Assembly (NCBI RefSeq): GCF_000022265.1
Contig: NC_011979.1
Span: 2,160,001 to 2,192,000 of the forward strand
DNA length: 32,000 bases
Source: Geotalea daltonii FRC-32
Lineage (GTDB): Bacteria > Desulfobacterota > Desulfuromonadia > Geobacterales > Geobacteraceae
Direction: 5' to 3'
How positions within the stretch are numbered: the first letter of the stretch is position 1; each line of letters opens with the position of its first letter. Below are positions 26,003 to 32,000 of this stretch, one piece after another. Below the pieces are notes generated by a model. The model searched no databases and was not told where the DNA came from. It saw nothing but the letters and a program-made list of their open reading frames with translations. A program made the position numbers and the translations under genes.

Positions 26003-26121
26003 TTCGCGTTGAAAAACGCCCATCTGCGGCGTTGTCTTCGTCGCTACGCTGCTCACATACTGATGTATGCTGCGCTGCTCGCTCCTCGACGCCTTGCACC
26101 TGGGCATTTTTGAACGCGAAT
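26002..26121. repeat. Long palindromic intergenic element, copy B (REP/MITE-like)
   Basis: Outer arms ATTCGCGTTGAAAAACGCCC (26002-26021) and GGGCATTTTTGAACGCGAAT (26102-26121) are near-perfect reverse complements. Inner arms are CATCTGCGGCGTTG / CGACGCCTTGCACCTG. The centre is CATAC-TGAT-GTATG. Same family as 24431-24540. Confidence 0.75.
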
Positions 26122-26156
26122 GAAATGGGCGGGTTGATATTCAAGAGGGGGTTGTT

Positions 26157-28091
26157 ATGGGAAAGAATTTAGCAATCAAGATCCTGGAAGCACACCTGGT
26201 TGAAGGGGAGTTGGTGCCCGGCAAAGAGATCGCCATTCGCATCGACCATACACTCCTTCAGGATGCCACCGGTACCATGGCTATCCTGGAATTCATGGCC
26301 ATGGGGGTGGAACGGGCAAAGGTGGAGCTGGCGGCCCAGTACATAGATCACAACCTGCTCCAGACCGATAACAGGAATGCCGACGACCATGTCTTTCTCA
26401 TGACTGCGGCCCAGAAATTCGGCATTCACCTATCCAAACCGGGGAACGGCGTTTCCCACCAGGTGCACCTGGAGCGTTTCGGCGTGCCGGGCAAGGTCAT
26501 GCTGGGTGCCGATTCCCATACCCCGACCGCGGCAGGCCTGAGCATGCTCGCCATCGGCGCCGGGGGGATGGACGTGGCCATGGCCATGGCCGGGCATCCA
26601 TTCCACCTCTCCTGCCCCAAAATCATGGGGGTAAAGCTCATCGGCCAGCTGCAGCCATGGGTTTCCGGCAAGGATGTCATCCTGGAGATGCTCCGCCGCC
26701 ACACGGTCAAAGGGGGAGTAGGGAAGATCATCGAATATTACGGGCCGGGGGTGGAGACCCTTTCGGCCACCGACCGGGGGACCATCGGCAACATGGGTGC
26801 CGAGCTTGGCGCCACCACCTCCGTCTTTCCTTCCGACGGGCGAACCAGGGAATTCCTTGAATCCCAGGGGCGAGGCGACTGCTGGCAGCCCTTTGCCGCC
26901 GATGCCGATGCCACCTACGATGAATACGACGAGATCGACCTCTCCCAGGTGGTGCCCCTTATCGCCTGCCCTTCCTCACCGGACAATGTGGTGCGAGTCA
27001 AGGACGTGGAGGGGATCAAGGTGGACCAGGTAATTGTCGGCAGCTCGGTGAATTCCTCCTTTCGCGACCTGATGACCGTCTGCCGAATTCTGGACGGGCG
27101 ACGGGTGGCGCCCCAGCTCTCATTCAACATCAATCCGGGGAGCCGCCAGGTGCTGGAAAACGTGGCGGACCGCGGCGGGCTCATGTCGCTGCTCCTGGCG
27201 GGTGCCCAGGTCCACCAGCCCGGCTGTCTCGGATGCATCGGCATGGGCCAGGCACCGGGCACCAACCAGGTCTCCCTGCGCACCTTCCCCCGCAACTTTC
27301 CCGGCCGAAGCGGTACCAAAGACGACAAGGTCTACCTCTGTTCACCGGAAACCGCAGCTGCCGCAGGTCTTTTCGGCGTCATTACCGATCCGCGCAAGCT
27401 CTCCGACATGATGCCATGGCCGAACGTGCAGAATCCGGAACGTTACGTGGTGGATGATTCCAGCGTCATCTATCCAATTGAGGATACCAGCGGCGTGGAA
27501 ATCGTCACCGGCCCGAACATCGTGCCATTCCCGGATTTCGAGCCGTTGCCGGAGGACCTGCAGGCCGAGGTCATCATCAAGGTGGAGGACAACATCTCTA
27601 CCGATACCATCATGCCCGCCGGCAACAAGGTTCTTCCCCTGCGAAGCAACATCCCGGCCATCAGCCAGTTCGTCTTCGGCCAGATTGACCAGGAATTTCC
27701 CCAACGTGCCCAGGCAAAAGGCAACGGTGTAGTGGTGGCTGGAGAAAACTATGGGCAGGGCTCATCCAGGGAACATGCCGCCCTGGCGCCCCGCTACCTG
27801 GGTATCCGCGTCAAGCTGGCCAAGAGCTTCGCCCGCATCCATAAAGCCAACCTGATCAACTTCGGTATCCTGCCCCTTATCTTCAAAGATCCTGCCGATT
27901 ATGACCTGATCGTGCAGGGTGACGTCCTCACCTTCAATGGCCTGCGCCGACAGGTGGCAGAGGGGGCCACGGAAATACCTGTGAGGATAGGGGACAGGGA
28001 AATCAAAACAATTCTGCAGGTATCGGAGAGGGAAAGACAGGACCTGCTGGCCGGCGGTACACTGAATCACGTGAAAAAAGGGAATCTGTAG
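26157..28091 (+). CDS. acn: Aconitate hydratase (short ~645-aa type)
   Basis: Aconitase motifs GADSHT, CLGCIGMGQAP (Fe-S cysteines), GQGSSREHAA and the swivel domain. RBS AGAGGGGG. Confidence 0.9.
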   Translation: MGKNLAIKILEAHLVEGELVPGKEIAIRIDHTLLQDATGTMAILEFMAMGVERAKVELAAQYIDHNLLQTDNRNADDHVFLMTAAQKFGIHLSKPGNGVSHQVHLERFGVPGKVMLGADSHTPTAAGLSMLAIGAGGMDVAMAMAGHPFHLSCPKIMGVKLIGQLQPWVSGKDVILEMLRRHTVKGGVGKIIEYYGPGVETLSATDRGTIGNMGAELGATTSVFPSDGRTREFLESQGRGDCWQPFAADADATYDEYDEIDLSQVVPLIACPSSPDNVVRVKDVEGIKVDQVIVGSSVNSSFRDLMTVCRILDGRRVAPQLSFNINPGSRQVLENVADRGGLMSLLLAGAQVHQPGCLGCIGMGQAPGTNQVSLRTFPRNFPGRSGTKDDKVYLCSPETAAAAGLFGVITDPRKLSDMMPWPNVQNPERYVVDDSSVIYPIEDTSGVEIVTGPNIVPFPDFEPLPEDLQAEVIIKVEDNISTDTIMPAGNKVLPLRSNIPAISQFVFGQIDQEFPQRAQAKGNGVVVAGENYGQGSSREHAALAPRYLGIRVKLAKSFARIHKANLINFGILPLIFKDPADYDLIVQGDVLTFNGLRRQVAEGATEIPVRIGDREIKTILQVSERERQDLLAGGTLNHVKKGNL

Positions 28092-28171
28092 GGGCGGCCC
28101 CATGTGGCCGCCCGAAGCGCACGCGCTGTGTGACCCACCAAGGCAGGGCACTCACGCGGGGGTGCCCCTAC
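28088..28171. repeat. GC-rich palindromic element bounded by GTAGGGGC / GCCCCTAC
   Basis: The outer inverted repeat is GTAGGGGC (28088-28095) / GCCCCTAC (28164-28171). It encloses the hairpins GGGCGGCC-N6-GGCCGCCC (28092-28113) and GGGCAC-N10-GTGCCC (28146-28167). It starts within the aconitase stop codon. Confidence 0.65.
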
Positions 28172-28195
28172 ATTCCGTAACCAGTCGAGGTACAT

Positions 28196-29173
28196 ATGGA
28201 AACACATCTGCGCGACGTATTTCCCGATGAGGATCTGCTCCACATGTACGGACAGACGGCTCTCTGCCGCGAATTCGAAGAGTCGTGCGCCGAACAGTAT
28301 ACGAAGGGGCACATCACCGGGTTTCTCCATCTTTACAGCGGCCAGGAAGCGGTGGCGGTCGGTTCAACCAAGGCGCTGCAGCAGAACGATTACATCCTTT
28401 CCGCCTACCGGGAGCATGCCCAGGCCATCGTCCGCGGCGCCGAACCCAAGAGGGTCATGGCGGAGCTGTTCGGCAAGGCGACCGGCCTGTGCAAGGGAAA
28501 AGGGGGCTCCATGCACCTTTTCAGCCCCGAGCTCAACTTCATGGGGGGCTATGCCATAGTCGGCGGCCAGTTTCCTATTGCCGTAGGACTAGCCTTTGCC
28601 TCCAAATTCAAGAACGAAGGGCGTATCGCCGCCTGCTTCTTCGGCGATGCTGCAGTCAACCAGGGCAATTTCCACGAGGCGCTGAACTGGGCCAGGGTTT
28701 GGGAACTGCCGGTGCTTTTCATCTGCGAGAACAATTTTTACGGCATCGGCACTGAGGTGCACCGCTCCTCCGCCCTGCCGGACATCCACCGCCGCACCTG
28801 CGGCTATGATATGCCCTCGGAACGAGTGGACGGCATGGACGTGATAGCAGTTTATCAGGCAGTCAGCCATGCCGCGGAATGGGTCAGGGAGCAGAGTCGC
28901 CCCTATCTGCTGGAGGCCATGACCTACCGCTTCCGCGGCCACTCCATGGCCGACCCCGGCAAGTATCGCAGCACCGCCGAGCTTGAGTTGTGGAAGAGCC
29001 GGGATCCACTGCTCAAGCTCGGCAGACGACTGGTGCAAGAGGGAATTGCCGAACAGGAAAGACTTGATGCCATTCGTGCCCAGGCGGTGGAGACGGTGCA
29101 GGAGGCGGTCAAGTTTGCCGAGGAGTCTCCGTGGCCGGAGGATGGGGAAGTCTACACGGATGTGTATATCTGA
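28196..29173 (+). CDS. pdhA: Pyruvate/2-oxoacid dehydrogenase E1 alpha subunit (heterotetrameric type)
   Basis: ThDP motif GDAAVNQGNFHEALNWA...ENNFYG and YRFRGHSMADP. RBS GAGGT. Substrate (pyruvate, acetoin or branched-chain) cannot be fixed from sequence alone. Confidence 0.85.
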   Translation: METHLRDVFPDEDLLHMYGQTALCREFEESCAEQYTKGHITGFLHLYSGQEAVAVGSTKALQQNDYILSAYREHAQAIVRGAEPKRVMAELFGKATGLCKGKGGSMHLFSPELNFMGGYAIVGGQFPIAVGLAFASKFKNEGRIAACFFGDAAVNQGNFHEALNWARVWELPVLFICENNFYGIGTEVHRSSALPDIHRRTCGYDMPSERVDGMDVIAVYQAVSHAAEWVREQSRPYLLEAMTYRFRGHSMADPGKYRSTAELELWKSRDPLLKLGRRLVQEGIAEQERLDAIRAQAVETVQEAVKFAEESPWPEDGEVYTDVYI

Positions 29174-29280
29174 CTTTCACCCCCTTTCCCTTGATGTACC
29201 CGCAGGGCATAAAGGAGAGGGTTGGGGATAGGAGAAACCGGAATGCTGGAGCATTGACCCCCTCATCCGGCCTTCGGCCA

Positions 29281-29302
29281 CCTTCTCCCTCAAGGGAGAA
29301 GG
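29281..29302. repeat. Polypyrimidine/polypurine hairpin in the pdhA-pdhB gap
   Basis: CCTTCTCCC (29281-29289), loop TCAA, GGGAGAAGG (29294-29302), preceded by the GGCCTTCGGCC mini-hairpin. It resembles the hairpin at 30371-30393, including the upstream CCCCCTC block. Confidence 0.6.
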
Positions 29303-29348
29303 GTAGATCGAGTGAGAACCGGAAGTGACATGAAAAAAAGAGGTCCAC

Positions 29349-30335
29349 ATGTCTGAAATGACATACAGAGATGCAATCAACCTGGCCTTGAAGGAGGAGA
29401 TGCGACGCGATCCGCTGGTGGTGACCTGGGGCGAGGATGTGGCCCTGTACGAGGGGTCATTCAAGGTAACCAGGGGGCTTTTGGCCGAATTTGGCGAGGA
29501 GCGGGTCCGAGACACACCTATTTCTGAAAACACCATCATCGGCGTTGCCATCGGCGCGGCAATGGGGGGCTTAAGACCGGTCCCCGAGCTGATGACGGTT
29601 AACTTCGCCCTGCTTGCCATGGACCAGATCATCAACCATATGACCAAGATCCGCTACATGTTCGGCGGCCAAGCGAAGCTGCCCATGGTCATCCGTGCTC
29701 CAGGCGGCGGGGGAAGCCAGCTGGCGGCCCAGCATTCCCAGTCCCTGGAAACTTTTTTCATGCATACCCCCGGTATGTACGTGGCGGTACCTTCGACCCC
29801 GGCCGATGCCAAAGGGCTGTTGAAAACCGCCATTCGCAATGACAATCCGGTCCTCTTTCTGGAACATGAGCTGCTCTACAACAGCAAGGGAGAGGTCCCC
29901 GAAGATCCTGAATACCTGGTTCCCTTCGGCAAATGTCAGATCAAGAAGACCGGCAGCGATGTCACCATCGTCACCTATTCGCGCATGACCATACTGGCCC
30001 TGGCTGCGGCCGAGGAACTGGCCAAGGAAAAGATCAGCTGCGAGGTGGTGGACCTGTGCACCCTGACACCGCTGGATAGCGACACCTTTGTCGGCTCTAT
30101 TCAGAAAACTGGACGGGCGGTGGTGGTGGAGGAATGCTGGCGGACCTGCGGACTTGGCGCGGAAATAACCTCCCGCATTTACGACGGCTGCTTCGATATG
30201 TTGCTGGCGCCGGTACAGCGTGTCGCGGGGCTGGATGTGCCCATGCCATATTCACGCAAGCTGGAAAAACTGTGCATCCCACAGGTGGGGGATATCGTCA
30301 CGGCGGTGAAGGAAACCCTGAGCGGGAAATACTGA
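29349..30335 (+). CDS. pdhB: Pyruvate/2-oxoacid dehydrogenase E1 beta subunit
   Basis: MTYRDAINLALKEEM...RVRDTPISE...transketolase-like Pyr and C-terminal domains. RBS AGAGGT. Confidence 0.9.
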   Translation: MSEMTYRDAINLALKEEMRRDPLVVTWGEDVALYEGSFKVTRGLLAEFGEERVRDTPISENTIIGVAIGAAMGGLRPVPELMTVNFALLAMDQIINHMTKIRYMFGGQAKLPMVIRAPGGGGSQLAAQHSQSLETFFMHTPGMYVAVPSTPADAKGLLKTAIRNDNPVLFLEHELLYNSKGEVPEDPEYLVPFGKCQIKKTGSDVTIVTYSRMTILALAAAEELAKEKISCEVVDLCTLTPLDSDTFVGSIQKTGRAVVVEECWRTCGLGAEITSRIYDGCFDMLLAPVQRVAGLDVPMPYSRKLEKLCIPQVGDIVTAVKETLSGKY

Positions 30336-30370
30336 GGAGATAGTCTGATAAGGTATCACCCCCTCCCTAA

Positions 30371-30393
30371 CCCTCCCCCATGAAGGGGGAGGG
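30371..30393. repeat. Polypyrimidine/polypurine hairpin in the pdhB-pdhC gap
   Basis: CCCTCCCCC (30371-30379), loop ATGAA, GGGGGAGGG (30385-30393), preceded by CACCCCCTCCCTAA. Confidence 0.6.
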
Positions 30394-30425
30394 AATGTTA
30401 GTAAATACAGGTTGCGAGGTTCCAT

Positions 30426-31703
30426 ATGGCCACTGACATAACAATGCCCAAGCTGTCCGACACCATGACCGAAGGACGCCTCATTTCCTGGAAAAAATCG
30501 GTGGGGGACCAGGTAGAACGTGGCGACATCATTGCCGAAGTGGAAACGGACAAGGCGAACATGGAATTGGAGTCGTTCGGTGCCGGCATCCTGCTGGAGC
30601 AGCGGGTAAAGCCGGGAGAAATGGTGCCGGTGGGAATGGTAATCGGAGTGGTCGGGGCACCGGGGGAGAAGGCGGAAGCGAAGCCTGAGGTGGTGCCGGA
30701 GCAGCCTGCCGCCGAAGTGATCCCCCCGGCGGTCGACAAAACCTCCAAAAGCGCGGCACAAGGCTCCACCGGTGCCATGGCCGGTGATGTTCCCGAACGG
30801 ATCATGGAATTGCCTGAGGCGCGGGAATTTACCAAGCCAGGTGCCGGAGATAAGGCTTCGCCAAGGGTTCGGCGCCTGGCAAGGGAAAAGGGGATCGACC
30901 TGACGCAGGTTACCGGCAGTGGGCCCGAAGGGCGTATCCTGCAGGAAGACCTGGCGCGGTTTGGGGTTCATGAAGAGAAGAAGGAGAAAAGACCCGCTGG
31001 GGAAGCGGCAGAGCAGGCAGAAGCTCCATCGGCTGCCGGACAGCCACTAAGCCGCATGCGGACAGCCATTGCCCGCAAGGTGAGCGAGTCCTGGCGGCAG
31101 ATTCCCCATTTCACTGTAATGGTTGCCGTCGAGGTCGGTGAGGCGGAGAAGGTCTACCGGGAGCTGAAGCAGGCCGGCACGGCGGTAACTCTCAACGACA
31201 TCATCATTAAAGCCGTTGCCGCCACCATCGGCAAATTTCCCCTCGTCAACGCTTCCTTCAGCCAGACCGGTATTGAAACGCACGATGAAATCAATATCGG
31301 TGTAGCGGTAAGCCTGGATGAAGGACTAGTGATGCCGGTAATCAAAGGCTGCCAGACTCTTTCCGTCAGGGAAATTGCCGCACGGAGTCATGAAGTCATC
31401 GACCGGGCCCGCAATGGTACCATCGGCGAGAACGAGCTCAGCGGCGGTACCTTTTCCATTTCCAATATGGGCATGCTGGGGGTCGAACAGTTTTCCGCCA
31501 TCATTTATCCTCCCCAGGGCGCCATACTGGCTGTTGCCGCGGCATTAGACGAGGCCGTGGTGAGGGGAGGGCAGGTGGTTCCATCCAGAATCATGCGTAT
31601 GACCCTTTCCGCCGACCATCGCCTGATAGATGGCGCCTATGCGGCTCGCTTCATGGCAGAGCTGAAACGGGTGCTGGAGAACCCAGTTGTCCTACTCATC
31701 TGA
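30426..31703 (+). CDS. pdhC: Dihydrolipoamide acetyltransferase (E2 of the PDH-type complex)
   Basis: Single lipoyl domain (EVETDKANMELE), E3/E1-binding domain (ASPRVRRLAREKGIDL) and catalytic SADHRLIDG. RBS GAGGT. Confidence 0.9.
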   Translation: MATDITMPKLSDTMTEGRLISWKKSVGDQVERGDIIAEVETDKANMELESFGAGILLEQRVKPGEMVPVGMVIGVVGAPGEKAEAKPEVVPEQPAAEVIPPAVDKTSKSAAQGSTGAMAGDVPERIMELPEAREFTKPGAGDKASPRVRRLAREKGIDLTQVTGSGPEGRILQEDLARFGVHEEKKEKRPAGEAAEQAEAPSAAGQPLSRMRTAIARKVSESWRQIPHFTVMVAVEVGEAEKVYRELKQAGTAVTLNDIIIKAVAATIGKFPLVNASFSQTGIETHDEINIGVAVSLDEGLVMPVIKGCQTLSVREIAARSHEVIDRARNGTIGENELSGGTFSISNMGMLGVEQFSAIIYPPQGAILAVAAALDEAVVRGGQVVPSRIMRMTLSADHRLIDGAYAARFMAELKRVLENPVVLLI

Positions 31704-32000
31704 CAGAAGATGTTCTCTGCATACCAGGGAGCTCGGCCTTATGGATTTCGCCGCCGCCCATTCCCTGCAGGAGCGTCTTGCCGGAGATGTCTACAGGGGC
31801 GAATCTCCTGAGACGCTGCTTCTGCTGGAGCATCCGCCAGTCTATACCATAGGCAGCGGCGGCGATGCCGGCAACGTTCTGGACAGCGCCATCGAGGTGA
31901 GGCGAATCAACCGGGGGGGAGACGTGACTTACCATGGTCCGGGTCAGCTGGTCGGTTATCCGATCATGGACCTCTCCCAGCGGGGCCGCGACCTGCAGCG
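31687..32000 (+). CDS. lipB: Lipoyl(octanoyl) transferase LipB (3' end lies outside the window)
   Basis: The translation ...RELGLMDFAAAHSLQERL...LLLLEHPPVYTIG...INRGGDVTYHGPGQLVGYPI matches the LipB core. The conserved LG precedes ATG 31741, so I prefer TTG 31687, which has GGAGA 6 nt upstream and overlaps pdhC by 17 nt. The start is uncertain. Confidence 0.8.
   Translation, partial: MSYSSDRRCSLHTRELGLMDFAAAHSLQERLAGDVYRGESPETLLLLEHPPVYTIGSGGDAGNVLDSAIEVRRINRGGDVTYHGPGQLVGYPIMDLSQRGRDLQ

Noticed and set aside
23504-26107. 506-aa and 332-aa minus-strand ORFs (23504-25024 and 25109-26107)
   Set aside because: They are antisense to sucB and lpd, which carry clear lipoyl, catalytic and FAD motifs. 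These are artefacts of GC-rich codon bias.

Overview
Chromosomal, mostly housekeeping window, GC-rich and densely coding. Gene content and repeat types look like a Geobacter-like deltaproteobacterium (Desulfuromonadales); that placement is inference only. I found no rRNA or tRNA genes, CRISPR arrays, transposases, integrases, phage genes or recognisable defence genes.

Gene order:
- Plus strand, 1-3861: MCP 3' fragment, then a tight nudC / DUF4149 / DUF2156 / acpH cluster.
- Minus strand, 3932-4998: RRM RNA-binding protein with a long basic tail, and a small conserved hypothetical.
- 5083-5507: visibly AT-rich divergent control region.
- Plus strand, 5508-7406: full-length MCP.
- Minus strand, 7491-16114: yajD, MBL-fold hydrolase, ABC-F ATPase, lon, mlaE, mlaF, mlaD.
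- Plus strand, 16434-32000: rne (RNase E), beta-barrel OMP, crcB, DUF190, then a lipoate-dependent supercluster of sucA, sucB, lpd, aconitase, pdhA, pdhB, pdhC and lipB (truncated at the window edge).

I do not see a self-contained novel system. The items most worth a second look are:
- a 165-bp tandem array of Shine-Dalgarno-like repeats filling the mlaE-mlaF gap;
- two copies of a roughly 110-120-bp palindromic element that bracket lpd, plus other GC-rich hairpin repeats in every gap of the dehydrogenase cluster;
- the nudC-DUF4149-DUF2156-acpH operon;
- the OMP-crcB-DUF190 unit, which has no fluoride riboswitch;
- the charge-patterned RNase E tail;
- lon apparently co-transcribed with mlaEFD.

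All functional calls come from motif recognition by eye. No database search was run.
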